Below, one piece after another: positions 16,796 through 25,256 of a DNA stretch of 32,000 bases. The DNA comes from Phycisphaera mikurensis NBRC 102666. GTDB lineage: Bacteria > Planctomycetota > Phycisphaerae > Phycisphaerales > Phycisphaeraceae. The DNA is taken from contig NC_017080.1 of NCBI RefSeq assembly GCF_000284115.1, forward strand, positions 1,080,001 to 1,112,000, given 5' to 3'. The translations under genes and the position numbers were made by a program. A model generated the notes under the pieces. It was not told the origin of the DNA. It ran no database searches and saw only the letters and a program-made list of their open reading frames with translations. Every line of letters starts with the position of its first letter. The first letter of the stretch is position 1.

Positions 16796-17191
16796 TCAAC
16801 CCGCCTCCGCCGGCATGGCCACCACCGCGTCGATCTCGATCAGCAGGCCCGGCACCGCGAGCGAGGAACCGACGGTGGTCCGAGCCGGGCGGTGGTCGCC
16901 GATCCATTCTCGGAAGACCTTGTTCATCTCGGCGAAATCGCGTTGCACCTCCGCGAGGAACACCCGCATCGTGACGATCCGGCCGCGATGGGTGCCCGCC
17001 TTCTCCATGGCGGCGTCGAGGTCCGCGAGCGTCTGCCGGGTCTGCGCCGCGAGGTCGCCGGCGATGGGGTCGGACGTGCCGGGCCAGAAGCCGACGTGGC
17101 CCGAGACGTAGAAGAGGCCGTTGTGGACGACGCCGGTGCTGATCGGCAGGTTCGGGTCGGGATCGATGACGCGGAGATCGGGCTCGGGCAT
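16796..17191 (-). CDS. RidA/YjgF/UK114-family reactive-intermediate deaminase
   Basis: 131 aa from ATG 17191. GVVHNGLFYVSGHVG, RVFLAEVQRDFAEMNKVF and RPARTTVGSSLAVPGLLIEIDAV are typical of the family. An in-frame ATG at 17287 would add 32 Pro-rich residues. Confidence 0.85.
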   Translation of the reverse strand: MPEPDLRVIDPDPNLPISTGVVHNGLFYVSGHVGFWPGTSDPIAGDLAAQTRQTLADLDAAMEKAGTHRGRIVTMRVFLAEVQRDFAEMNKVFREWIGDHRPARTTVGSSLAVPGLLIEIDAVVAMPAEAG

Positions 17192-17298
17192 GGCGGGTTC
17201 GGCGGGGTGCGGGGGCGAGACCCCCGAGGCGGGCTGGGGACCTTCCGGGAGGCTGCGGGGGAGCAGCGGCTTCCCCTCGGGCCACATCCGATGTATCC

Positions 17299-17323
17299 TA
17301 TCGTAGAATTGCCCGTTCCGCAC
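17299..17323. promoter_or_regulatory. Second copy of the bipartite motif TATCGTA-N10-TTCCGCAC
   Basis: Same 7-mer, same 8-mer and same 10-nt spacing as 10123..10147. It also lies in a divergent promoter region, between RidA operon start 17191 (-) and the RraA-like gene (+). Confidence 0.45.
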
Positions 17324-17462
17324 TTGGTCGTAAGATCGGGATCCTCCCCATCTCGCGGCGTGCCCGGTGGCACGCCCCCAGCCGCGGCCGCTCCAGGAAA
17401 TCCAGACTTTGACACCTCCCGCTCCCCCCATCGCTCCGCCCGCACCTTCCCGAAGCTCCCGC

Positions 17463-18122
17463 GTGGAGCCGCGTGACGTGGACGCTTGCGTCGATCTCGA
17501 CGAGCTCTACGTGGCCGTCGTGGCCGATGCGCTCGACATGGTCGGTCTGCGGAACCAGTGCCCCTCGGTGACGCTGACCGCCCGGACCGGCATCGCCACG
17601 CTGCACGGCCGCTGCCGCACCACCGCCTGGGAGGACTTGGACGCCGAGGACCCCAGCCCCTACGAGCTGGAGCTCGAGGCGGTGGACGGGTGCCGCCCCG
17701 GCGACGTTCTCATCGCCGCCGCCGAAGGCTCCACCGCCTCGGGCATCTGGGGCGAGCTGCTCTCGACCGCGGCCCGCAACGCGGGCTGCGCCGGCGTGCT
17801 CGTCGACGGAGCGGTCCGCGACGTGGCGAAGATGACCCGCATGGGCTTCCCCTGCTTCGCCCGCTCGGTGTGCCCGTACGACAGCCAGCACCGCCAGCGG
17901 GTGACCGAGGTGGGCGGGGCGGTCCAGGTCGGCGGCGTGACCTTCCGCGACGGCGACCTCGTGTTCGCCGACGCCGACGGCGTCGTGGTCGTGCCGCAGG
18001 AGGTCGAGGACGAGGTGCTCCGCCTCGCCACGAAGAAGATCCGCGACGAGAACCAGACGCGCGACGCGATCAAGGCGGGGATGCCGGCCACCGAGGCCTA
18101 CGCCCGCTTCGGCGTGCTCTGA
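17463..18122 (+). CDS. RraA-like protein (class II aldolase / oxaloacetate decarboxylase family, HMG/CHA-aldolase-like)
   Basis: VAVVADALDMVG and GELLSTAARNAGCAGVLVDGAVRD are family hallmarks. Start ambiguous: GTG 17463; GTG 17478, which has GGAG 9 nt upstream; or ATG 17367, which adds a Pro-rich low-complexity head. Confidence 0.75.
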   Translation: MEPRDVDACVDLDELYVAVVADALDMVGLRNQCPSVTLTARTGIATLHGRCRTTAWEDLDAEDPSPYELELEAVDGCRPGDVLIAAAEGSTASGIWGELLSTAARNAGCAGVLVDGAVRDVAKMTRMGFPCFARSVCPYDSQHRQRVTEVGGAVQVGGVTFRDGDLVFADADGVVVVPQEVEDEVLRLATKKIRDENQTRDAIKAGMPATEAYARFGVL

Positions 18123-18139
18123 GGCATCGCGGAGGCGTC

Positions 18140-18179
18140 GGCGGCCGTGAGGCCCGCCTCTTCCGGGCGGACGGCCGCC
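18140..18179 (+). terminator. Candidate stem-loop after the RraA-like gene
   Basis: GGCGGCCGT (18140..18148) pairs with ACGGCCGCC (18171..18179) as an outer stem. An inner CCGCC/GGCGG stem follows. It begins 18 nt after the stop. No U-tract. Confidence 0.35.
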
Positions 18180-18433
18180 CCGCCGGCTGCGGCTCGACCA
18201 CGCACGCGCTCGGCTCCGAGGTGCGCCGGCCGGCCCCTCCGAAGGCCGAGCGGCAGGGCTGTTCGCTCCGGAGGACCCGGCTGTGGCTGGGGGCCGGCAG
18301 CGGCATGCACGCGCTTCCGCCGGCCTCGGGAAGATCGACGGCATGCGTCGGCGGGCACGGCGATCCACCGGCGGCAGCGTCTGGCATGCTGGTCTCCCGC
18401 GGCGGCGGGCGTCTCGGGCGTCGTGCTGTATAA

Positions 18434-18445
18434 CGGAATCTTTCC
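18434..18445. promoter_or_regulatory. CGGAATCTTTCC, a GGAA-N3-TTCC inverted repeat just upstream of the FAH-family gene RBS
   Basis: Lies in the AT-richer island TGTATAACGGAATCTTTCCTGTCAAGGAGCAAAATATG. The AAGGAG Shine-Dalgarno is 6 nt before ATG 18462. Confidence 0.35.
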
Positions 18446-18461
18446 TGTCAAGGAGCAAAAT

Positions 18462-19310
18462 ATGCGTTGGTGTCGGATCGGTCCCGCGGGCCAAGAAAAA
18501 CTCGGCTGCGTCGACGCGGAGGAGCGGGTCCGCGACGCGTCCTCCCTGGGTTCGGCCGACGAGGTCGTGTCGTTCGCCGCTGCGGGACCGCCCGCGGCGG
18601 CGGCTCTCGATGCGCTGCCCAGGGCCGAGGCCGGCGTCCGCTTCGGCTCCTGCGTGCCGCGGCCGGGGAAGATCCTCTGCATCGGGCTCAACTACAGCGA
18701 CCACGCCGAGGAGGCGGGCATGGAGGTGCCCAAAGAGCCCATCCTCTTCTTCAAGGCGCCCAACACGGTGGTGGGCCCCGACGACGACATCCGCCTGCCG
18801 CGCGGCGGCGACAAGACCGACTGGGAGGTGGAGCTGGGCGTCGTGATCGGCCGCGAGGCGCGGTACCTCGAGAGCGACGAGGAGGCGCTCGCCTGCGTCG
18901 CCGGCTACTGCATCAGCCACGACGTGAGCGAGCGGGCCTTCCAGCTGGAGCGCGGCGGCCAGTGGTGCAAGGGCAAGAGCTGCGACACCTTCAACCCGCT
19001 GGGACCGTGGCTGGTGACCCCCGACGAGGTCGGCGACGTGGCCGACCTGGGCATGACGCTCGACGTGAACGGCGAGCGGATGCAGGACGGCACCACCTCC
19101 ACGATGATCTTCGGCGTGGCCGAGCTGATCCGGTACGCGTCGGCGTTCATGACGCTCGAGCCCGGCGACCTGATCACCACCGGCACCCCGCCGGGCGTGG
19201 GCATGGGCCAGAAGCCGCCGCGCTACCTGCAAGCGGGGGACGTGGTCGAGCTCGCGATCGATGGGCTCGGCCGCCAGCGGTCGGCGGTCGTCGCCGCCGA
19301 TGAGAGCTGA
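18462..19310 (+). CDS. Fumarylacetoacetate hydrolase (FAH) family protein (hydratase/decarboxylase/diketo-acid hydrolase type)
   Basis: ATG 18462 with a strong SD. Motifs KILCIGLNYSDHA, TDWEVELGVVIG and PGDLITTGTPPGVG. Confidence 0.9.
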   Translation: MRWCRIGPAGQEKLGCVDAEERVRDASSLGSADEVVSFAAAGPPAAAALDALPRAEAGVRFGSCVPRPGKILCIGLNYSDHAEEAGMEVPKEPILFFKAPNTVVGPDDDIRLPRGGDKTDWEVELGVVIGREARYLESDEEALACVAGYCISHDVSERAFQLERGGQWCKGKSCDTFNPLGPWLVTPDEVGDVADLGMTLDVNGERMQDGTTSTMIFGVAELIRYASAFMTLEPGDLITTGTPPGVGMGQKPPRYLQAGDVVELAIDGLGRQRSAVVAADES

Positions 19311-19322
19311 CGCGTGTGCCCG

Positions 19323-19338
19323 CGCCCGGGCCCGGGCG
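19323..19338. terminator. 16-bp perfect GC palindrome after the FAH-family gene
   Basis: CGCCCGGGCCCGGGCG, 13 nt after the stop at 19310. Possible terminator hairpin; no U-tract. Confidence 0.3.
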
Positions 19339-19364
19339 GGCGCGCATGGATGGCGGGCAACCGG

Positions 19365-19700
19365 CAGGTGGCTCATCGACTCCGTCGATGTGGAAGCTTC
19401 CTCGAGCCGGGACGGCCCGGAGCCGCGACTGGGGGTGGTTCCCGCTTTGCGCGGGCGCGCTTCTTCAAGCCGCTACATCCACGGAGTGGATGAGCCACCT
19501 GGCGCAGGTGGCTCATCGACTCCGTCGATGTGGATGCTTTCTCGAGCCGGGACGGCCCGGAGCCGCGACTGGGGGTGGTTCCCGCTTTGCGCGTGCGCGC
19601 TTCTTCAAGCCGCTACATCCACGGAGTGGATGAGCCACCTGGCGCAGGTGGCTCATCGACTCCGTCGATGTCGATGCTCTCCCTGGCCGGATCCGCTCGG
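19365..19700. repeat. 140-bp tandem repeat: two units with 3 differences in 140 nt (19365..19504, 19505..19644) plus a diverging third copy (19645..~19700). Each full unit is bounded by 26-nt imperfect inverted repeats.
   Basis: Period 140 read directly: CAGGTG at 19365, 19505 and 19645. Units differ at 3 positions (19395/19535, 19400/19540, 19454/19594). Left arm AGGTGGCTCATCGACTCCGTCGATGT (19366..19391); right arm ACATCCACGGAGTGGATGAGCCACCT (19475..19500). Confidence 0.9.
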
Positions 19701-19799
19701 CACCGGCTTGGGGTCCGGTCGCGCCGGCTCCGGCAGAATCGTAAGCTGCGTTGTCCGGCAGGGTTCCGCCGCCGATTCGACCGATCGCTCCGCTCCGCC

Positions 19800-20816
19800 A
19801 TGTCCCCCCGCCGCGAAGCCGCTTCCCGTGTCGTGCTCGCCGACGTGGCGGAGTTGGCGGGCGTCGCGGCCTCCACCGTCAGCCGCGTGCTCAACCGGCG
19901 GGACGAAGGCTTCTCTGTGCGGCCGGCGCTGCGGCAACGCATCCTCGACGCGGCGGCGGAGCTGGGCTACCGGCCGAACATCAACGCCCGCACCCTGCGC
20001 CGGCAGACCTCTGGCTACATCGCGGTGCTGGGCCTCCGCATGCTCGCGCGGGCGGTGCACGATCCCTCGGACAGCGTGCTCGACCGGATGGCGACGACGC
20101 TGAAGGCCAGCGGCCTGCACCTCACCAGCACGCACGTCGGCGGGGAGGGCGACCCGTTCCGGCTGCCGCCCTGGCAGGTCGACGGCGCGGTGGTGGTCCG
20201 GGCCTCGGGCGCGGCCGACTTGGCCGCCGTCGAAGCGTCGAACCTGCCGTACGCGACGATCAACGCCGCGGCCGGCCCCGGCGGTGCCTCGGTGCTCGTG
20301 GACGACCGCGGCGGGATGGAGGCGGCGCTCGAACACCTCTTCGCTCTGGGCCACCGTCGCATCGCCTATGCCTCCCACCCCGACCGCTTCGGCGACCACG
20401 CGGGCCAGCACGAGCGGGCGGAGGCGTACGCGGGGTTTCTGCAGGCCCGGGGGGTCGAGCCCGTTCACCGGGTGCTCCGAGAAGAAGCTCCGCACGCCCC
20501 GCTGGTCCGCTCCCTGCTCGAGGAGGGCGTGACGGCGGTCGTCACCTACACCCACTTCCTCGCGCTCATGCTGCTGGAAGCCGCGCGGGAGGAACGCATC
20601 GCCGTGCCCGGCCGGCTGAGCCTGGTGACCTTCAACGACGAGTACCCGATGGCCCAGGTCGGCTCCGGCGTGACCTGCGTCGCCCACCCCACCGACGCGA
20701 TGGCCGCGGCCGCCTCGGACCTCTTGCTCCGACGCATCCGCGGGCAGCCCACGCCAACCAGCGTGCGGCTGCCGATGGTGCTGGTTCCCCGCGGATCGTC
20801 GGCCGCGCCGGGCTGA
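19800..20816 (+). CDS. LacI/GalR-family transcriptional regulator
   Basis: ATG 19800. N-terminal HTH VVLADVAELAGVAASTVSRVLN...ELGYRPNINARTL followed by a periplasmic-binding-protein-like sugar-binding domain. Upstream ORF residues derive from the tandem repeat and are not credible coding sequence. Confidence 0.9.
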   Translation: MSPRREAASRVVLADVAELAGVAASTVSRVLNRRDEGFSVRPALRQRILDAAAELGYRPNINARTLRRQTSGYIAVLGLRMLARAVHDPSDSVLDRMATTLKASGLHLTSTHVGGEGDPFRLPPWQVDGAVVVRASGAADLAAVEASNLPYATINAAAGPGGASVLVDDRGGMEAALEHLFALGHRRIAYASHPDRFGDHAGQHERAEAYAGFLQARGVEPVHRVLREEAPHAPLVRSLLEEGVTAVVTYTHFLALMLLEAAREERIAVPGRLSLVTFNDEYPMAQVGSGVTCVAHPTDAMAAAASDLLLRRIRGQPTPTSVRLPMVLVPRGSSAAPG

Positions 20817-20834
20817 AAAGACCGCGGTCCGCGG
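20789..20834. repeat. CCGCGGACC-type palindromic element between the convergent LacI and BNR genes
   Basis: Left arm CCGCGGATCGTCGGCC (20789..20804) differs by 1 nt from the left arm at 6892. The right arm contains CGGTCCGCGG (20825..20834). The LacI TGA (20814..20816) lies in the loop, and the BNR stop is 3 nt beyond the right arm. Confidence 0.5.
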
Positions 20835-20836
20835 AT

Positions 20837-23653
20837 TCAATCGACCCCGCTCAGGCCCGACGCGTCGTCGAGCAGGGCGGAGCCGACGCCCTTCGCGTAG
20901 AGCACGAGCACGGCGCGGGCGTGGCCGGGGGACAGGTCGATGGTCTTCTCGAAAGCCGACCAGCCGTCGCCGCCGCCTCCCTCGTCGGAGACGGTGGCGA
21001 GGGTGGTCCACTGGACCTGCTCGCCCGCCGCGTCGAAGCACTGCACGGCGAGGTAGGCCTCCTCGAAGTCCCCGTCGAGCGCCGCCTTCCCGCTGAAGCG
21101 CACGCGCCCCAGCCCCGTCGGCAGCTCCTGCTCGGCGAAGCCGACGCCCGCGGCGGGCAGCCGCAACGCGAGCGCGGCGGGCGCCGAGGCGGCGTGGCCG
21201 GTCTCGCGCGACACTGAAGCCCCGGGCACGTCGGACCAGCGGAGCGACCAGCCGGCCGGGGCTCCGCCGTTGGGAGCGGCCTCGGTCATGTCGCCGTTGC
21301 GGACAACCTCGGTTGTCGGTGGGCCGGCGTCGGGATCCACGGTGGCCGAGGCGATCGGGTCGGCGGCCGCGTCGTCGAGCGGGTGCCAGAGCACGCCGGC
21401 GCCCGAGGTGCCGACCACCACGCGGTCGCCGGCGAAGGCGACGGGATTGGCGCGGCGGTTGGGCAGCTCGTCGCCGAGCGCCTCCCAGGCCGCGCCGCCG
21501 TCGGTGGAGACGCGGACGCCGTCGGCCGTCCCGACCGCCACCCGCCCCGGCACCGCCCGGTCGAAGGCGACGTGGTGGGCGGTGTCCACGGGGCGCGACG
21601 ACCAGGTGCGGCCGCCGTCCTCGGAGGCGAAGAGCCCGGCGTCGGGCGAAGCAATCAGGAAGCGGCCCGGCCGGAACGGGTCCGCCGCGACGTCGTTCAC
21701 CCCGGCGTCAAAGCGTGCCTCCGACCAGGCGTCCGCGTCCGCATCGCGGAAGAAGACCCGCGACTCGTGGTTGGAGATCGCGACCATGCCCCCGCCGGGA
21801 CCGACGGCCAGCTCGCGCCCCACCCGCCAGATCTCCGCCTTGAACAAGCCCGCGGCGGGCAGGCCCTGGTTGAAGGCCTCCCAATCGTCGCCGCCGTTCT
21901 CGCTCACGTACACGCCGCCCTCCTCCCCGGGCACGCCCGCGATGGCGACGAACAGGCGATCGGGATCCCGCGGGTCCAGCGCGATCGTGTTGATCCTCCG
22001 GGATTCCGCGTCCCGCGTCCCGCGCATCGCCGCGGCCCGCCAGGAGGTTCCGCGGTCGTCGGAGGCGAAGACGTGGCTGCTGTACCAGTGCCCGTTCTCG
22101 GTCGGCCCGATGGCGTACACGCGCTCGGGCCGCTCCGCGGCCACGGCCACGTCCTTGACGTTGTTGGTGATGACCTTCCAGATCTGCTTGAAGGTCTCGC
22201 CGCCGTCGAGCGAGCGGAAGTAGCCGTTGTCGGTCATCCCCATGTGCACGAGGCCGGGGTCGTCGGGGGCCTGGGCCAGGTTGTGGATGACGGTGACCTC
22301 GATGCCGTGGCTCGCGTACGCCCAGTTCCGCCCCCGGTCGTCGCTCTTCCAGAGCGTGTACCAATCGGTCAGCCACCAGCGTTCCGGGTCGTGCGGGTCG
22401 ATCGTGAGGCTGGAGATCGCCTTGCCGAAGTGCGACCAGTCCGGCTCGTCACCGGGGTTGCCGTACCAGCTCTCCGGAGCGGTCGCCGTCCCGCGGATCG
22501 GCGTCCATCGGTTCGCCCCGTACGCCCGCCGGTGTACCGTCCCGTCGCCGCCGCCCACGAGCACCGAACCCGGCCCGGCGGCGAGCGCCATGAAGGTCGA
22601 GGGGGCGATCGAGCCCCCGGGCGAGATCACGCCGTCGGCGTCGTACGCGGCGGTCGCGGCCTCGGGATCGGTCGGCAGCCCCTCGTCGAAGGCGCTCCAG
22701 CTGAGCCCGCCGTCGTCGCTTTGCTTCACCAGCGACGGCGGGAAGATCGCGACCCAGCGGTTGCCCGGCCCCGCCGCGGCCGGCAGCTGCGTCAGCTCCC
22801 AGGGCGAGGGGGAGACGGCGTCGAGCGCCTTCCACGTCCGGCCGCCGTCGAGGCTCTCGAAGAAGCCGCCGCGCAGCTCCTGGTTCGGGTTGCCGAGCAG
22901 GTAGAAGCGGTAGGGCCGCGCGGTCAACAGCACGCGTCCGGGCACCTGGGCGTCGAAGACCACGTCGGTGGGGTTGATGCCCTCGAGGCCGGTTTTCTCC
23001 CAGGTCGCGCCGAAGTCTTCGGAGCGGAAGACGCCGTCGAGCATCGAGGCGGCGACGACGACGTCGGGGTCGTGCGGGCTCACCGCCATCTCGCGGCCCC
23101 ACATCCGCTCGTTGCCGTTCCCGGCGAAGGCCGCTTCGAGCACCTTCTCGTAGCTCGCGCCGCCATCGGTGCTGCGGTAGATCCCGTCGCGGACGCTGGA
23201 CCAGTGCTGGCCGGTGGCGACCAGGAAGCGGTCCGCGTCGCGCGGGTCCACCACGATCGCCGCGGGCTCCTGGTTCCCGTCGGTCGCCGGGAGCGCGCCC
23301 TGGAGCATCCGCCAGCCCTCCCCGCCGTCGTCGCTGCGGTAGAAGCCGCCGACGTCGGTGTGCAGGTAGTAGATGCTCGGGTCGGCCGTGGGGATGACGT
23401 CGATGACGTAGCCGCCGCCGCCGATGCGGGCCTGGTGCCAGTCGCCGTAGGTCGGCGCCGCGGGCGTGGAGAAGCCGGGCTCGGGCGGCGGCGGCGGCGG
23501 GGCTTGGGCGCTCACGCCGGCCGCGAGGCAGAGCAGCCACGCGGAGGCCGCGCAGGCGCGGACGACGCGGGAGCGGAGCGACCGGCTGGGGTCAGCGGTC
23601 GCCGTCGAAGGCGTCCCAGACGGCAAGGTCGCTGTTGGCGTCGAAGAGGTCAT
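20837..23653 (-). CDS. Secreted BNR/Asp-box repeat beta-propeller protein (GH74-like / sortilin-VPS10-like) with a C-terminal CBM-like domain
   Basis: 11 Asp-box motifs (e.g. [88 protein letters not shown]). Signal peptide [26 protein letters not shown]-terminal ~170 aa ([22 protein letters not shown]...) resemble CBM4_9/galactose-binding-like folds. Start is ATG 23653 or TTG 23626; both overlap the upstream gene. Confidence 0.8.
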   Translation of the reverse strand: MTSSTPTATLPSGTPSTATADPSRSLRSRVVRACAASAWLLCLAAGVSAQAPPPPPPEPGFSTPAAPTYGDWHQARIGGGGYVIDVIPTADPSIYYLHTDVGGFYRSDDGGEGWRMLQGALPATDGNQEPAAIVVDPRDADRFLVATGQHWSSVRDGIYRSTDGGASYEKVLEAAFAGNGNERMWGREMAVSPHDPDVVVAASMLDGVFRSEDFGATWEKTGLEGINPTDVVFDAQVPGRVLLTARPYRFYLLGNPNQELRGGFFESLDGGRTWKALDAVSPSPWELTQLPAAAGPGNRWVAIFPPSLVKQSDDGGLSWSAFDEGLPTDPEAATAAYDADGVISPGGSIAPSTFMALAAGPGSVLVGGGDGTVHRRAYGANRWTPIRGTATAPESWYGNPGDEPDWSHFGKAISSLTIDPHDPERWWLTDWYTLWKSDDRGRNWAYASHGIEVTVIHNLAQAPDDPGLVHMGMTDNGYFRSLDGGETFKQIWKVITNNVKDVAVAAERPERVYAIGPTENGHWYSSHVFASDDRGTSWRAAAMRGTRDAESRRINTIALDPRDPDRLFVAIAGVPGEEGGVYVSENGGDDWEAFNQGLPAAGLFKAEIWRVGRELAVGPGGGMVAISNHESRVFFRDADADAWSEARFDAGVNDVAADPFRPGRFLIASPDAGLFASEDGGRTWSSRPVDTAHHVAFDRAVPGRVAVGTADGVRVSTDGGAAWEALGDELPNRRANPVAFAGDRVVVGTSGAGVLWHPLDDAAADPIASATVDPDAGPPTTEVVRNGDMTEAAPNGGAPAGWSLRWSDVPGASVSRETGHAASAPAALALRLPAAGVGFAEQELPTGLGRVRFSGKAALDGDFEEAYLAVQCFDAAGEQVQWTTLATVSDEGGGGDGWSAFEKTIDLSPGHARAVLVLYAKGVGSALLDDASGLSGVD

Positions 23654-24356
23654 AGAGGAAGGGCTCGGCGGCGTAGGGGTTGGCGAAGCGGTCGCCGCCG
23701 TTCGCGGCGGTCGCGTCCGCAAGCGGTTCGGCGATGGCGTCCGCGGGATGGGAGGCCGCCGACCCGTCGTCGGAGCCGGCGTTGGCGTTGTCCGCGTGGA
23801 ACGCCTCGAGCTCCCCGGTGGTGGCGGTCCGGTCGGCCCAGAGCGCCCGGCGTTCGCGGAAGCGCTCGAGGTTGGGCATCGGCCCGGGGTTGGGGTTGAA
23901 GCCGTCCCACGACCAGAGCGGCCGGGTTTCGTAGCTGGTCTGCACCGAGTAGGGGGTGACCGCGTCGCGGACGAAGGGGTACTGCTGCAGCTGGAACCCC
24001 TTCACGCCGGTCAGGTCGGTCGCGTCGGAGGGGCAGTAGAAGATCTCGCCCGTGCCGGTGTACCCGCCGGTGACGAGCACGCCGAGCATCACCGGCTTGG
24101 TGGCGCTCTGGTTCATCACCGAGTTGAACGTCGGGTAGTACAGGAACCCCACCGGCACCACGCCGTCGCTGTCCGCGGCGTACGCGTTCGCGGCGATGCC
24201 GACCTGCCGCAGGTTGCTCAGGCAGGCGCTGTTGCGGGCGGCGGAGCGGGCGGCCTGCAGGGCGGGCAGCAGGATCCCGACCAGCAGCGCGACGATGCTG
24301 ATGACCACCAGCAGCTCGATGAGCGTGAAGCCGCGGCGTGGATCCGAAGAGGGCAT
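23592..24356 (-). CDS. Prepilin-type N-terminal cleavage/methylation protein, DUF1559 family with H-X9-DG motif
   Basis: ATG 24356 with GGGAG 9 nt upstream. [38 protein letters not shown], and [13 protein letters not shown] as the H-X9-DG motif. Confidence 0.9.
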   Translation of the reverse strand: MPSSDPRRGFTLIELLVVISIVALLVGILLPALQAARSAARNSACLSNLRQVGIAANAYAADSDGVVPVGFLYYPTFNSVMNQSATKPVMLGVLVTGGYTGTGEIFYCPSDATDLTGVKGFQLQQYPFVRDAVTPYSVQTSYETRPLWSWDGFNPNPGPMPNLERFRERRALWADRTATTGELEAFHADNANAGSDDGSAASHPADAIAEPLADATAANGGDRFANPYAAEPFLYDLFDANSDLAVWDAFDGDR

Positions 24357-24455
24357 GAGAAGAGCTCCCGCGAGGGCGACGAGCGGATCGATCGATGGGG
24401 ATCGGCGGCGAAACGCTCCGCGCCGATGCGGCAGGGGGCAGGCGGGCCCGGCCGC

Positions 24456-25193
24456 TCAGCCGCGCCGCGACCGGCGGGTCAGCAGCAGGCCGCTGAGGCC
24501 GAGCATCGCGAGCGAGGCGGGCTCGGGGATCACCGTGTCGATCCGGGTCACCGTGAACGCCTGGTTCACCGTCTGGTTGAAGTCGTAGGGCTGCGGGTCG
24601 AAGGAGAAGGTGACGTCGAGCGCATCGATCGGCCCGAAGGCCGCGAGGTTCAGCGGCGTGAGGTCGACCGCGACGCTGGAGGGGCCGCCGGTGGTGGTGG
24701 CGAAGGCGGAGGAAGTGACCGACTGCGTGAAGTTCGCGAAGCCGGCGTCGTACCGGATCGCCTGCACCGACACCTTCAGCGCCGAGGTGGTGTTGCTGAG
24801 GAAGTCCACGAAGAGCGTGTCCTCCCCCGCGAGCCCGGTGTAGTCCCAGGAGCCGTTGCCCGGAAACTCCTCGCCGGTGTACTGCAGCTGGAAGTCGGCG
24901 CTGCCGGGTCCGGGGCCCCGGACCGCAACGAGAGCGCCGCCCGTGACAGCGATGCTGTTGCCCGTGCCCTGGTCGGGGCTGAAGTTGCGGCTGACAACCG
25001 CCCGCCAGCCGCTGTCGACGACGCCCGCGAGCGGGCCCTGACGGTCGGAGACGCTCCCGTCGGCCGCGTTGAGCACGGCGTTGGTGCCGGCGCTGAAGTC
25101 GTCGATCAGCACCGCCTGGGCCGCGGGGGCGAGGGCCAGGAGAGCGAGGGAAGGGGCCGCGGTGGCGCGGCGAACGAAACGGGACGCGGGCAT
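24456..25193 (-). CDS. PEP-CTERM sorting-domain protein
   Basis: ATG 25193. Signal peptide MPASRFVRRATAAPSLALLALAPAAQA. C-terminus VIPEPASLAMLGLSGLLLTRRSRRG. Confidence 0.85.
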   Translation of the reverse strand: MPASRFVRRATAAPSLALLALAPAAQAVLIDDFSAGTNAVLNAADGSVSDRQGPLAGVVDSGWRAVVSRNFSPDQGTGNSIAVTGGALVAVRGPGPGSADFQLQYTGEEFPGNGSWDYTGLAGEDTLFVDFLSNTTSALKVSVQAIRYDAGFANFTQSVTSSAFATTTGGPSSVAVDLTPLNLAAFGPIDALDVTFSFDPQPYDFNQTVNQAFTVTRIDTVIPEPASLAMLGLSGLLLTRRSRRG

Positions 25194-25256
25194 GGGATCT
25201 CCTGAGGCTGGAAAGGGCGGGGCGCCGCGACCCGAAGAGTCACGGAGAGACAAGGA

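Noticed and set aside
17409-17414. Perfect TTGACA -35 hexamer upstream of the RraA-like gene
   Set aside because: No -10-like hexamer follows at 16-18 nt (the sequence there is CGCTCC). A single hexamer match is not evidence.
19365-19700. Possible CRISPR array
   Set aside because: The units abut directly with no unique spacers, the unit length (140 bp) is far above CRISPR repeat size, and no cas genes are present.
19261-20103. ORFs reading through the tandem repeat (19261..20103, 19316..19633 and the 5' part of 19530..20816)
   Set aside because: The repeat period of 140 nt is not divisible by 3, so each copy is read in a different frame. The only credible coding part is the LacI gene from ATG 19800.
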